This document shows, in pieces, positions 1 to 10,238 of a stretch of 64,000 bases of DNA. Made by a program: the position numbers and the translations under genes. Every line of letters starts with the position of its first letter. The stretch's first letter is position 1. Below the pieces are notes generated by a model. That model was not told where the DNA came from. It did no database searches and saw only the letters and a list, made by a program, of their open reading frames with translations. This DNA comes from a phage, in the sequence record PQ478073.1, one strand, 5' to 3'.

Positions 1-735
1 TCCCATGATGAGCGTCGCCTTTGTGAAATTTTGCATGGAACTCGTGATACCGAAAAGAAAACAATTTGGACAGATAATTACCTAAATCAAGGCGTTGCTC
101 TTGGTTATACTGGTGGTGAATTGGGTCCAGTGTATGGTAAGCAATGGCGTGAATGGGAAGATTATAAATTTAGTTCCAGTACTGAAGAAATTCAAGAATT
201 AAAAGATAAAGGATACAAAGTTATCGATTATACTGGTTCACATGGTGTTGTTATGAAACGTACAACTGACCAATTACAAGAACTAATCAAAGGTATAAAG
301 TCCGATCCATATGGTCGTCGCCACATTCTAAGTGCATGGAACGTTGGTGAGCTTGATGATATGACGTTGCCACCTTGTCATAGCTTTGTGCAATTTTGTG
401 TAGTACAAGGGAAACTAAGCTGCATTCTACATCAACGCTCCGCTGATCTATTTTTAGGAGTTCCATTTAATATCAGTAGTTACTCACTACTAACTCATAT
501 GATTGCACAAATTACTGGTTTAGATGTTGGTGAATTTATTTGGAATGGTGGTGATTGTCACATTTATAAAAACCACGTTGAACAAGTAAAAGAACAACTA
601 CAGCGAAAACCTCGTGAATTACCTGAATTGTGGCTTGATCCTACAATTACTAATATTGAAGATTTCACAATGGATTCTTTCAAATTAGTGAATTACAACC
701 CAATGCCAACAATTAAAGCACCGATGGCTGTATAA
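1..735 (+). CDS. td: thymidylate synthase (T4 Td-like), 5'-truncated by window edge
   Basis: Frame 1 is open from base 1 (track ORF 31 starts at an internal TTG). Motifs seen: [28 protein letters not shown] (catalytic Cys), [21 protein letters not shown]. Stop TAA 733-735. Confidence 0.93.
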   Translation, partial: SHDERRLCEILHGTRDTEKKTIWTDNYLNQGVALGYTGGELGPVYGKQWREWEDYKFSSSTEEIQELKDKGYKVIDYTGSHGVVMKRTTDQLQELIKGIKSDPYGRRHILSAWNVGELDDMTLPPCHSFVQFCVVQGKLSCILHQRSADLFLGVPFNISSYSLLTHMIAQITGLDVGEFIWNGGDCHIYKNHVEQVKEQLQRKPRELPELWLDPTITNIEDFTMDSFKLVNYNPMPTIKAPMAV

Positions 736-742
736 ACGAAAA

Positions 743-769
743 GGGAGAACTAATGTTCTCCCTTTTTTT
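743..769. terminator. intrinsic terminator, probably bidirectional, between td and the fibre gene
   Basis: GGGAGAAC-taat-GTTCTCCC hairpin 743-762 followed by T7 run 763-769; A-run upstream gives a weaker T-run on the minus strand. Confidence 0.7.
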
Positions 770-770
770 A

Positions 771-2735
771 TTATCTAATTGTTACCAATGTTCTTCCGTC
801 GAAACGTACATCAGGAGTTGAAGGTATACTAAACACTACGTTAGTGCCGTTAAACGTAACGCTATCGACCTCAACACGAGTATAGACACCAGGACTAACC
901 TGTTCCTGTATCTCTGCTGTGACGATGTTTGAGGCTGTTACAGTAAGGGTGTAGTAGTTACCACTTAATACCCAAGATGAAATGGTAAAAGCATCGGTTC
1001 TCACTGAACCTGAACCAATCGGAACCCATTGACCTTGAACTTTTTGCATTGAAGTACGCTCGGTATTTGAGTATGCAATCATACCATCAACGCCAACAGA
1101 GTTATCAATAGTTGCTAGTACTGGTAATTGGATACCATATCTATTAAAACGTGTTCTTATAGTTCCATTATCATAGATACTTACATCAGCATAATTACCC
1201 ATTGATAGTTTTAAATCAGAACTAACTAATTGGATTGTACTTTGATTAGTAGTACTTTCTAATGTAATTATACCATTAGCTAATAGATTTATATTTTTAA
1301 ATTTATTAGTTGTTCCATTGAAATTAGTGTTTGCTGTAAACGTACTAACTCCATTAACTGTAATTGTATCTGATGCAGCATCGCCTAATATGGTATTACC
1401 TTGAATGTTCAAATTACCACTAGCAGTGATATTACTAGCTGATGTATCACCAGTCAATGTGCTTGTACCATCAACCACAATATTACCATGAAACGCACTT
1501 TCACCATTTTTAAATTCAACTTGTACTTTATTCATTGAACTAAATGAAATAATATTACTACTAGCACTTAGTCCAACATTAGTATTGGTTGCATTATCAA
1601 ATCTTAGTACTGGGGTTGATGCTGGGGTTGAGGTTGTTTGGTATAATGTTAATGTTGAATTATTAATTCTAATACGTTCAGTTCCCGCAGTACTGAAACC
1701 AATTGCATCATCTGCTGGATGAAACATACCAGTATTAGCGTCTGACCATTTTGCAGGATCATTACCTGGGTTATTGGTTGGATCAAATGGATTGTTATTA
1801 AATGTCAATGCTGGTGCTGCTGCACTACCATACACCACACCAAAACGCCCTGAGCCGCTTGTTCCATCATTATACATGGAATCACCAGTTCTACGTAAAC
1901 ATTCAATCACAACGTTATCTATGGATGTTTGTACGGTTCCTGCGTTCGTTCTAAATTGACGATGGTTTGCAATCATTACTGTATTGTCATATAATACAGA
2001 AGCAGCAGAAATGCTTGTTCTTGACTGGCGTAGACGTATGTTTTTATCTTCAGTTATAATGATCCAATCACCATCTGATAGTGCGGTTTGGTTCATTGGA
2101 ACGCCTGAAGCAAATGGTTTGGTTAAGTCAGCATCTGTTGCTAAATTTTTAAGACCATCATGACCAGTACTAGGTATGGAAGCAGTAATAATTCTAGCAA
2201 ATGCATAAGTGACAAGTTTTGCACCTGAAACATTTGGATTTGAATCAACATAATAAAGGATTTCAATCCAGTTTCCCTGACCAGTTGGGTTGGTTGGTGT
2301 AAATGTAACCGGACTTGTTTGTGGGTTATTTGCTTCAAAGTGTGCTTGTGCTGCATCCATAATACCACGAACAACATAATAATCACCATTAAGTGATGCT
2401 GAAGGTGCAGGGAGCGGTGTTTGTGCCAAAGGTGGATCGATGTCGTCAGGGATTGGATTATATGTACCTACGAACTGCAAACCACTTGTTACCGAATCTG
2501 GTAATTGTGAAGTAAGGAGTTTGCCATTGGCATCTAAGTTTGCAAAACGACGATATGCCATTGTACCATCTTCAAAATCCAAAACACCTTCAAATGATTT
2601 CCATTCTTTATTGTACCTAATCATCCCTGAACGTATTACATCAGCGGTTTCTTTAGATGGTGCTTTCGGTAACTCTAAAAAAGATTTACTATCTATGATA
2701 ACACCACCATCACCTCTAATTCGATTTATACTCAT
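771..2735 (-). CDS. putative tail fibre / receptor-binding protein (654 aa)
   Basis: ATG at 2735 with GAGGA SD; Thr/Asn/Gly/Ser-rich beta-type composition typical of fibres; last gene of the minus-strand fibre cluster. Function is inferred from composition and context. Confidence 0.45.
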   Translation of the reverse strand: MSINRIRGDGGVIIDSKSFLELPKAPSKETADVIRSGMIRYNKEWKSFEGVLDFEDGTMAYRRFANLDANGKLLTSQLPDSVTSGLQFVGTYNPIPDDIDPPLAQTPLPAPSASLNGDYYVVRGIMDAAQAHFEANNPQTSPVTFTPTNPTGQGNWIEILYYVDSNPNVSGAKLVTYAFARIITASIPSTGHDGLKNLATDADLTKPFASGVPMNQTALSDGDWIIITEDKNIRLRQSRTSISAASVLYDNTVMIANHRQFRTNAGTVQTSIDNVVIECLRRTGDSMYNDGTSGSGRFGVVYGSAAAPALTFNNNPFDPTNNPGNDPAKWSDANTGMFHPADDAIGFSTAGTERIRINNSTLTLYQTTSTPASTPVLRFDNATNTNVGLSASSNIISFSSMNKVQVEFKNGESAFHGNIVVDGTSTLTGDTSASNITASGNLNIQGNTILGDAASDTITVNGVSTFTANTNFNGTTNKFKNINLLANGIITLESTTNQSTIQLVSSDLKLSMGNYADVSIYDNGTIRTRFNRYGIQLPVLATIDNSVGVDGMIAYSNTERTSMQKVQGQWVPIGSGSVRTDAFTISSWVLSGNYYTLTVTASNIVTAEIQEQVSPGVYTRVEVDSVTFNGTNVVFSIPSTPDVRFDGRTLVTIR

Positions 2736-2817
2736 TAAATATTTCCTCAGAATAGATTATATATGATGTATTTATTTTAGTTAAAAGAAAAGGCCAACCA
2801 TAGTTGACCTTATAATA

Positions 2818-3597
2818 TTAACGAGTACGTTCAGGAATTTCAATACCTTCATATACCCAAGTTGCAGCTTGTTGTGCTTTATAAATTGCATCAGGATCTA
2901 AATCATCAACTGCATCAATTGCAGCACACTGACGATCACATTCTGCAAACAACTGTTCTACCATAGCAAATGCTTCAGTATATAGTTGTGTCATTTCAGC
3001 AGCAGATAGTTTAACTATTGCATCATCGAGAAATATAGAGACAGTTTCAGCACCAGAAGTTACTTGAGTATAATAGTTAAGTAACATTTGACGACCAGCT
3101 AGATCAGTACTATAACGTTGTCCTTTAAACAAATAACCACGATTAATACGTTCACCACGTTCTGCTACAGTTCTGGATTTTAAATCATATTTCACATCAG
3201 TAATATTCATATCAACGTAATGGTATGTTTTCAGTACTGTTAGTGCTTTATACTCTGATGTAGCTTCTTCAATAAATTCAACAACTGGTTGATTATCATC
3301 TTTTAACTTAATAAACTCCAATGGTTGTTCAATAGCATTAACATTGCCAATATTTTTATACACTAACCACCAAAAACCTTCTTCTTTTCTAACAGCATCA
3401 TTAGGTTCCACTGGAGAACCATCTTTACTTGAAATACCATAAAGAGTTCTAATATCACTATAAAGATAACGATAGGTTTGTGGATCTTCTGGTGTAGCAC
3501 CTGGACGTTCTTTCAATCCTTTTACACCAATTGGGTTAGAAATAATGCTACCCAATTCATAATTTTCTTTTGAATTTCCTTTCACATATGTGAACAT
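2818..3597 (-). CDS. hypothetical protein within fibre module (259 aa)
   Basis: ATG at 3597 with GAGGT SD; ordinary composition; product unknown. Confidence 0.5.
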   Translation of the reverse strand: MFTYVKGNSKENYELGSIISNPIGVKGLKERPGATPEDPQTYRYLYSDIRTLYGISSKDGSPVEPNDAVRKEEGFWWLVYKNIGNVNAIEQPLEFIKLKDDNQPVVEFIEEATSEYKALTVLKTYHYVDMNITDVKYDLKSRTVAERGERINRGYLFKGQRYSTDLAGRQMLLNYYTQVTSGAETVSIFLDDAIVKLSAAEMTQLYTEAFAMVEQLFAECDRQCAAIDAVDDLDPDAIYKAQQAATWVYEGIEIPERTR

Positions 3598-3620
3598 ATA
3601 ACTACCTCACTTGTTATGAT

Positions 3621-3660
3621 GGTGTCACCCAAAAGAGTGACACCTTTATTATTATAATTA
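3621..3660 (-). promoter_or_regulatory. intercistronic hairpin between giant fibre gene and downstream ORF
   Basis: 8-bp inverted repeat GGTGTCAC / GTGACACC (3621-3628, 3637-3644) with 8-nt loop. On the minus strand it is not followed by a T-run, so it is probably not a terminator. Confidence 0.3.
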
Positions 3661-6600
3661 TTAAGCTGTACGTTGTGCAATAAACATATCTACAACTGGA
3701 CTTACACCATCATAAATGACTTGGTAAATGGTCACAGAGTTTGCAGTTTTGTTTAGAGTGCCATCAACAACCGCATAAGTACCATCAGTAGTAAAGTTTC
3801 TGTTACCAGTTGCATCTTGTTTCACATAAATGTATACTGAAGATGCTTTACCACCACCGATTAGACCAGTGATTGGTGCTAGAGTTGTATCTTGATCAAG
3901 GGTGATAAAGTATACGTTGCTAGTACCATCAGGAGTCCAAGTACCAGTTGGTGCAATAACAGAAGAAGTTACTTGATTAGGAATAACATCATATTTTTTA
4001 GTAGTTACAGTAGTAGTAGTTAAATCAGCATTAGTTGTTGTTAGTTGACCAGTAACTGTTACATTTTTGTCAAACACAGCATTTTCTTTGAAAGAAGATG
4101 TTGCATTAACAGTTAATGTATCAGCAGCAGCGTCACCTAGAACAACACTACCATTTGCAGTCATTAAACCAGTAACAGTTAAAGTACCACCTACGGTTGC
4201 TGCACCAGTTACAGATGCACTAGCAAGAGTAGCAGCACCAGAAGTAGTAATTGTAGTTACAGAAGTAGCAGCAAGGGTAGCAGTACCAGTTGCAGAAATA
4301 TCACCACCGACAGTTAGGTTACCAGAAGTAATACCAACAGTTCCTGTGATATTCGCACCACTTGACATAGTAACTGCACCACCGAATGAACCAGTAGTAG
4401 TTACTTCAAGAGTGTTACCTTTTAGTAAACCAGTTGCAGTAATGCTTGTTCCTGCGGTAATACTAGTACCAGCAGCAACACTGTTAGTTGCAGTTAAAGA
4501 TTTAACAGCCACATCAGAGTTAGCTTGGTTTAGCGTTGCGTTTAGAACACCAGTTACTGTAAAGTTACCATTGTTAACTACGTTACCATTGATGGTTAAG
4601 TTGTTGTTTTGTGAACCAACATCACCAATAGTTGCAGATTTAGAAATCAATTCTGCACCAGATGTGATATTACCTGCTGCACTAATAGTATCAGCAGCAA
4701 CAACAGCATATGGTTCGATAGTTTGACCACTAACATCGATATCAGCGTTGATACCACCGTCTACACGCAAGGAACCTGCGATGTAAGTGTTAGGGAAAAT
4801 CTGAACTGTTTCTGGTTGATCACCAATTTTTGTACCAATTACAACGTTCGCACCAGTTTTAACTGCACCAGATGTTGTTAGTGAACCTAAAGTTGCTTCA
4901 CCAACTACACCTAATGTACCACCTACGGTTGCGTTATTAGTAACTGCCAAAGCTGTTCCTTCACCGTTAAGGGTGATAGATGGAGCAGTCGCTGCACCAG
5001 TTACGCCTAATGTACCACCTACGGTTGCGTTGCCATCAGAATGTAGTGTAGTAGCTACAGAAAGACTGTTTGCAACTACATCAGTACTTGCAAGATCCAA
5101 TGCACCTGGTGTTAATGTACCAGTAATGTTAACATTATTACCAAAGGTTGCTGCACCAGTAACATCTAGAGTTGTACTAAATGTACCAGAAGTTGCAGAA
5201 ACAGCACCAGAATCTAGTGAACCTACAGTTGCTTTTCCAGTTACACCTAGTGTACCACCTACAGTTGCGTCGGTTGTTACACCTAATGTACCAGTACTAA
5301 CTTCTTGAGCGGTTGCTTTACCAGATGCAGTAATAGTTGAAGTAGATACTCCCCCAGTTAATGTGCTTGCACCAGTTACTGCTAAAGTTGTTGCTGCTGT
5401 TACGCTGTTCACGTTAAGGTCAGCACCAGCTAGGTTCAAACCACCTTCAGGAATAAATTCACCCTTCACTGTTAGTTTTTGTACTGTACTATCACCAGTG
5501 ACTGCCAGTGTAGATGCAGTTAAACCACCATTCATACTAGCTGCACCAGTTACACCGAGTGTAGTGGTTACAACAGCACTATTAAGAGTAGCAGTGTCGG
5601 AAATATTAGCACTTGGTGCAGCAATAGTCCCAGCATCAACTTGAATACCACCAGTAACAACTTGGATACCACCAGCATTAACAGTGAGTTTACCAGCAGT
5701 GTTTAAGGTATTTGATACAGTTGTAGCACCAGATAGTGTACTTGTACCAGTAACACTTAGATTACCAGAAATTATTGGGCTACCAGTTACATTACCAGTT
5801 GTTAGAATTAAATCAGTACCTACAGTTGTAGAACCAGTACTTTCTAATGTTACACCAACAATGTTAGAAGAACTTAGGTTAATTGAACCTGTTACAGTCA
5901 AGTCACCATTAACAGTTGCGTTACCTAGTGAATTTAATGATTTCACTGAAACATCAGTAGTGCTAAGGTCAATTACACCCGCAGTTAATGTACCAGATAC
6001 AGCCAAATCACCAGTGATTGCAGTGTTTTTAGTAATAGAAACACTTTCAGCAGCAGAAGTTAGAGAACCAACAGTCAAAGCACCGCCAACAGTGGCGTTA
6101 TTAGTAACGTTAAGTGCAGTACCAACACCAGATAGTGTTGCAGACGCACCATTAACAGCACCAGAGATATTTGCATTTGCAGCAGATACATCACCTGAAA
6201 CAACCGCAGTTGTTGCATTTACTGTAGTTGCAGTAATATCAGTACTTTGTACTTTTGGTAGTAGGTTAACACCTTCAGCACTACTAACAGTGATGATTCC
6301 AGCACTTGTTAGAGATTTTACTGATACATCAGCAGCAGATAGGTCTACAGTACCAGAAACAACAAGGTCACCACCAATATTTGCACCAGCAGTTGTTGTG
6401 ATTGATTTAGCATTAACATCAGTTGTTGTTAAATCAATAGCACCTGGTGTTACTGTACCAGAAACTGTTAGGTCACCAGTAATAGATGTATTATTAGCAA
6501 TAGATACACCCGCAGTATTACCAATGGTTGGAACTTCAATAGAAACTGCTGTAACTTTACCAGAAGATGTTACATCAGCAACAGAAGTTGCACCAGTTAC

Positions 6601-9186
6601 ATTCAAATTAGTAATATTCGCAGTAGTAGAACCTAGAGTTGCAATTGTCGCATCAGTACTTTGTAGTTTAGGTAGAACACTACTAATAGTTGATTCATTA
6701 CTAACGATTGCACCAGTACTGGTTAGAGATTTAACTGTTACATCAGCAGCAGTTAGGTCTACTGTACCGTTAACGGTTAAGTTTCCACCAATTGTTGCAC
6801 CAGCAGTTGTTGTGATTGATTTAGCGTTAACATCAGTTGATGCTAGGTCGATAGATCCAGGAATCACAGCACCACTAACAGTTAAGTCACCAGTGATAGA
6901 AGTATTATTACCAATTGTAACACCAGTTACATTGGAAATAGATGGAGTAACTAGAGATGCAGTTGTTGTTTCACCACTTACATTTAAAGTTGTTCCGACT
7001 ACAACATCAGCACTTGTACGAACAGATGCTAGATTAGATGGACCTGTTACCGCAAGTTCAGTTGCATTAACAGTATTAATTGTTGCAGTAGTACTATTAA
7101 GTACTGGTAAAACGTTGGCATTAACCAAATCATTACTTTTAACAATACCAGAAGTTGTTACAGATTTAACGTTAAGATCAGCGGCTGATAAATCAAATGA
7201 CCCTTGAACAACTAAATCACCACCAATTGTTGCACCAGCAGTTGTTGTAATAGAGTTTGCATTAATATCAGTAGTGCTTAGATCTAAAGAACCTACAGTC
7301 AAACTACCAGTAATATCAACGTTTTCAGTAAAGTTAGTATTTCCAGTAATAGTTGGAGCAGAAAGACTTGTAGCACTAATAGTTGTACCATTAATAGTTC
7401 CACCACTTAGTGTACCACTTGCAGTAATAGTTGGAGCACTTACTTCAGTGGAAGCAGTAATAGATGGTGCAGATACAGATGTTGTACCAGTAATAACACC
7501 AGCATTAATAGAACCAGCAGATAATGCACCAGATAGATTTGCAGTAGTACCTGCAATATCACCAGTAACGGTTAGTTTAGCACCTACGGTAGTATTTCCA
7601 GTACTTTCAAGAGTTGCACCTTTCACGTTTGCAGCAGCTACAACAGAGTTAGGAGTTAAGTTTTGACCACTAACATCAACAGTTAGGCCAGTAACAGTAC
7701 CAGTGAAATCAACATCATTAAGAATAGTTTTACCACCAACTTGTAGGAATGGTGTACCTGGGGCTTGTGTTTCATTACCAGTGATAGTTAGGTAATCTAG
7801 TTTGTTAAGACCGTTACCAGTAATACCATAGGTAGATAGTGAAGCATTACCAAAAGTTGCGGTTTTTAGAACATTCAATGTTGCAGGTGAAACAACTTCT
7901 GATTGAACTTCGTTAGGTAAAATAACAGTTGGGCGTTGGCCTGGTGCTGTATATCCAAATCCTAATTTAACTGCTGCATCTTGACTGTTTTGACCCAAGC
8001 TAATGGATTTGAAAGAAGCAGTACTATTAAAGCCAGTGATATTTGAACCTAAAGTTACTGCACCAGTTAGTGAAGATGTACCAGTAACATTCAATGAAAC
8101 TGCATTAATATCGTCAAGTTGGAATGTACCACCAAGTAGACCAGAAACGTTAATGTTATTAAAGTTTGCGGTTCCTGTACTTTCAATATTAGGAATAGTT
8201 GCTGTGCCAGTAACTTCAAAGTCAGCAACTTTGGTTTTACCCTTTTGAACTTCCAATAGTGGGGTGTCTGGGGATTGAGTATTGTTACCAGATACAGTTA
8301 GGTAATCTAGTTTGTTAAGACCATTACCTGTAATACCATAAGAAGAAAGAGAAGCGTTACCAAATGTTGCAGATGTCAAAACTGTTAAATTTGCAGGTGA
8401 CATTAATTCAGATTGAATTTCGTTTTGAAGAACTACAGTAGGACGTTTACCTGGAGCACTGTAAGGGAAGCTTAGTCTGAAGGTTTGAGATTCAGAGTTA
8501 GAACCAATACGAATATCTTTGAATGTAGCAGTACTGTTAATACCAGTTACGTTTGCACCAAAAGTTACTGCACCTTGTTGGTTAGATGCACCAGAAACGT
8601 TCAATGTTACTGCATTCAAATCTGATAGATTAAATTGTCCACCAAGTGTACCACTAATAGTTACATCGTTAAATGTAGCAGTACCAGTACTACTAATATT
8701 GGTTGTACTTACATTAGTAATTTCTGCGGTATTAGCAGTAATTTTATCAAATGCAGCAGTAGTACCAACATCAGCAGTAATATTACCTTTAAATGCTGTT
8801 GTTTCAGCAACTTCTAAGTTTTTAACTTTAGTTGCTTGTAGAGTGGTTGTACCAGCAGTTTGTGTAAAATCAGAACCAACTGATACAGTACCGTTAAAGG
8901 TAGCGTTTGAATTAATTGTTGCTGTATCAGACCCGACAACTGCACTACCGATTGTAGTATTACCCTCAACACCAAGACCACCAGAAAGTGTTGCTTTGCC
9001 ACCAACATCTAAAGTAGATGTAATGTTGGCAGTTGATGATTCAATGGCAGTAAAAGTTGCATTTGCAAAAGTTACAGTACCATTTACAGTTAGGTTATTA
9101 TTGAAAACAGCATTTCCTTTGACTAAAAGATCCTTACCAACCGTACCAGCACCAGTAATATCTAAGTCAGTTTTTATTGAGTACAT
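3661..9186 (-). CDS. giant repetitive fibre/adhesin-like structural protein (1841 aa)
   Basis: ATG 9186 with GGAGGG SD; extreme T/G/S/N/V/A composition and internal tandem duplications at protein and DNA level; lies in the fibre cluster. Confidence 0.6.
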   Translation of the reverse strand: MYSIKTDLDITGAGTVGKDLLVKGNAVFNNNLTVNGTVTFANATFTAIESSTANITSTLDVGGKATLSGGLGVEGNTTIGSAVVGSDTATINSNATFNGTVSVGSDFTQTAGTTTLQATKVKNLEVAETTAFKGNITADVGTTAAFDKITANTAEITNVSTTNISSTGTATFNDVTISGTLGGQFNLSDLNAVTLNVSGASNQQGAVTFGANVTGINSTATFKDIRIGSNSESQTFRLSFPYSAPGKRPTVVLQNEIQSELMSPANLTVLTSATFGNASLSSYGITGNGLNKLDYLTVSGNNTQSPDTPLLEVQKGKTKVADFEVTGTATIPNIESTGTANFNNINVSGLLGGTFQLDDINAVSLNVTGTSSLTGAVTLGSNITGFNSTASFKSISLGQNSQDAAVKLGFGYTAPGQRPTVILPNEVQSEVVSPATLNVLKTATFGNASLSTYGITGNGLNKLDYLTITGNETQAPGTPFLQVGGKTILNDVDFTGTVTGLTVDVSGQNLTPNSVVAAANVKGATLESTGNTTVGAKLTVTGDIAGTTANLSGALSAGSINAGVITGTTSVSAPSITASTEVSAPTITASGTLSGGTINGTTISATSLSAPTITGNTNFTENVDITGSLTVGSLDLSTTDINANSITTTAGATIGGDLVVQGSFDLSAADLNVKSVTTSGIVKSNDLVNANVLPVLNSTTATINTVNATELAVTGPSNLASVRTSADVVVGTTLNVSGETTTASLVTPSISNVTGVTIGNNTSITGDLTVSGAVIPGSIDLASTDVNAKSITTTAGATIGGNLTVNGTVDLTAADVTVKSLTSTGAIVSNESTISSVLPKLQSTDATIATLGSTTANITNLNVTGATSVADVTSSGKVTAVSIEVPTIGNTAGVSIANNTSITGDLTVSGTVTPGAIDLTTTDVNAKSITTTAGANIGGDLVVSGTVDLSAADVSVKSLTSAGIITVSSAEGVNLLPKVQSTDITATTVNATTAVVSGDVSAANANISGAVNGASATLSGVGTALNVTNNATVGGALTVGSLTSAAESVSITKNTAITGDLAVSGTLTAGVIDLSTTDVSVKSLNSLGNATVNGDLTVTGSINLSSSNIVGVTLESTGSTTVGTDLILTTGNVTGSPIISGNLSVTGTSTLSGATTVSNTLNTAGKLTVNAGGIQVVTGGIQVDAGTIAAPSANISDTATLNSAVVTTTLGVTGAASMNGGLTASTLAVTGDSTVQKLTVKGEFIPEGGLNLAGADLNVNSVTAATTLAVTGASTLTGGVSTSTITASGKATAQEVSTGTLGVTTDATVGGTLGVTGKATVGSLDSGAVSATSGTFSTTLDVTGAATFGNNVNITGTLTPGALDLASTDVVANSLSVATTLHSDGNATVGGTLGVTGAATAPSITLNGEGTALAVTNNATVGGTLGVVGEATLGSLTTSGAVKTGANVVIGTKIGDQPETVQIFPNTYIAGSLRVDGGINADIDVSGQTIEPYAVVAADTISAAGNITSGAELISKSATIGDVGSQNNNLTINGNVVNNGNFTVTGVLNATLNQANSDVAVKSLTATNSVAAGTSITAGTSITATGLLKGNTLEVTTTGSFGGAVTMSSGANITGTVGITSGNLTVGGDISATGTATLAATSVTTITTSGAATLASASVTGAATVGGTLTVTGLMTANGSVVLGDAAADTLTVNATSSFKENAVFDKNVTVTGQLTTTNADLTTTTVTTKKYDVIPNQVTSSVIAPTGTWTPDGTSNVYFITLDQDTTLAPITGLIGGGKASSVYIYVKQDATGNRNFTTDGTYAVVDGTLNKTANSVTIYQVIYDGVSPVVDMFIAQRTA
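5900..7300 (-). repeat. in-frame tandem repeats, period ~420 bp (~140 aa), 3-4 copies
   Basis: Protein repeats NNTSITGDLTVSG...IDL(A/T)(S/T)TDVNAKSITTTAGA(T/N)IGG(D/N)L; near-identical DNA blocks at ~6370-6510, ~6780-6925 and ~7215-7290. Boundaries approximate. Confidence 0.6.
7650..8710 (-). repeat. in-frame tandem duplication, period ~525 bp (~175 aa), 2 copies
   Basis: Protein repeats ...FPYSAPGKRPTVVLQNEIQSE...GNASLSSYGITGNGLNKLDYLT... vs ...GYTAPGQRPTVILPNEVQSE...GNASLSTYGITGNGLNKLDYLT...; DNA blocks e.g. 7786-7820 vs 8290-8325. Boundaries approximate. Confidence 0.6.
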
Positions 9187-9221
9187 TTATACCCTCCATT
9201 ATAACCTTGTTAATATGTATA

Positions 9222-9228
9222 TATTTAG
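9222..9228 (-). promoter_or_regulatory. candidate late promoter (CTAAATA) for giant fibre gene
   Basis: Minus-strand CTAAATA ~35 nt upstream of ATG 9186 and just downstream of a terminator; resembles the T4-type late -10 element TATAAATA. Confidence 0.35.
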
Positions 9229-9280
9229 TTTTATTATGCTGTTATCCAACAATTAATACATTATTTGACAAAAGCAAATA

Positions 9281-9319
9281 TAATAAAAAAACCAGACTTA
9301 TTTAGAACAAAGTCTGGTT
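9281..9319 (-). terminator. intrinsic terminator (minus strand) after RBP gene
   Basis: Perfect 10-bp stem AACCAGACTT / AAGTCTGGTT (9290-9299, 9310-9319) with minus-strand T-run (complement of 9281-9289), immediately after stop at 9326-9328. Confidence 0.7.
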
Positions 9320-9325
9320 AATTTT

Positions 9326-10222
9326 TTACTTACCGGAGATAACAATCTTACCACTGAAAGAAATATCAGAAGTGAAGATTACATCACCAGTACTACTAAT
9401 TTGTGTATCAGTCACTACCAACTCGAATGGAGATGACGCAACACTCCCAGGTGTTTTATTTGCATAAATTGAAATATACAAATTATCTGGGGTTTGATTG
9501 TGTTCGGATGCTGGAATAGTGATTGTGAAATCACCAGCACTAGAAACCCAATCTGCTTGGTTTACTAATTTACTATAAGGTACTGTCATTGTGGTTGCTC
9601 CTATAATGTTTACTTTAACACTTGCATAATCTGTGATTTGACCAATCACATCAATTGTTATATCCCCAATACCACTAACTGTTACTGTGGTTTGGAATAC
9701 TGATTCCAATGCAACATTACCTGGGTCACCTTGTAGTTGAATCATAATATCAGAACCTCTACCATGAACTGATTCTGGTAGTGTGTAAGTATAATGATCA
9801 GTAGTATCTGGTACTAATGTAAATGCAGAAACAGGAACTATTTCAGTAGTTACATATGAGCTATCAGTTCCAGGTGAGCTACCTTTAAATGGTTTCCAAA
9901 TACCAAGATCTTTAATATAAATTTGAAGAACATTAGTACTATCAACCAAAAAGTAAACGTCACCATCTAGACCAATAGAATCGGATGGTGCTGTTGTTCC
10001 ACGTAAGATACCAGAACTACCACCACCACTGTGTGCGTTTAAATATCCCAATGTAACCAAGTGTGTGTTTGCAGTTGGTTCACCTGCTGAAATTGGAAGA
10101 AGTTGTGTTCCTGAGTAGTTTTGAATTTGCACAACACTACCATTTGTGGTAATCTGTGCACCATTCTTCCCAAGAATGAAGGACTTCTTCATGGTTCCTT
10201 CTAAATTAGAAAAAACTGCCAT
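9326..10222 (-). CDS. receptor-binding protein with conserved N-terminal anchor (298 aa)
   Basis: N-terminus MAVFSNLEGTMKKSFILGKNG is near-identical to that of the adjacent tailspike, with a divergent C-terminus; AAGGAG SD. Confidence 0.55.
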   Translation of the reverse strand: MAVFSNLEGTMKKSFILGKNGAQITTNGSVVQIQNYSGTQLLPISAGEPTANTHLVTLGYLNAHSGGGSSGILRGTTAPSDSIGLDGDVYFLVDSTNVLQIYIKDLGIWKPFKGSSPGTDSSYVTTEIVPVSAFTLVPDTTDHYTYTLPESVHGRGSDIMIQLQGDPGNVALESVFQTTVTVSGIGDITIDVIGQITDYASVKVNIIGATTMTVPYSKLVNQADWVSSAGDFTITIPASEHNQTPDNLYISIYANKTPGSVASSPFELVVTDTQISSTGDVIFTSDISFSGKIVISGK

Positions 10223-10238
10223 TTTAATATAATCTCCT

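Noticed and set aside
1-735. Intron or intein interrupting td (as in T4) or the polymerase gene (61745-64000)
   Set aside because: Both reading frames are continuous through the window with motifs in the expected order and spacing; the 5' part of td and the 3' part of the polymerase are outside the window and cannot be assessed.
4067-9256. Long plus-strand ORFs (e.g. 5684-7207, 507 aa; 8519-9256, 245 aa) antisense to the 1841-aa fibre gene
   Set aside because: They are mirror images of the repetitive fibre coding strand, with P/V/A/T-rich low-complexity translations, no SD and no independent repeat logic; the sense ORF is continuous and has the SD.
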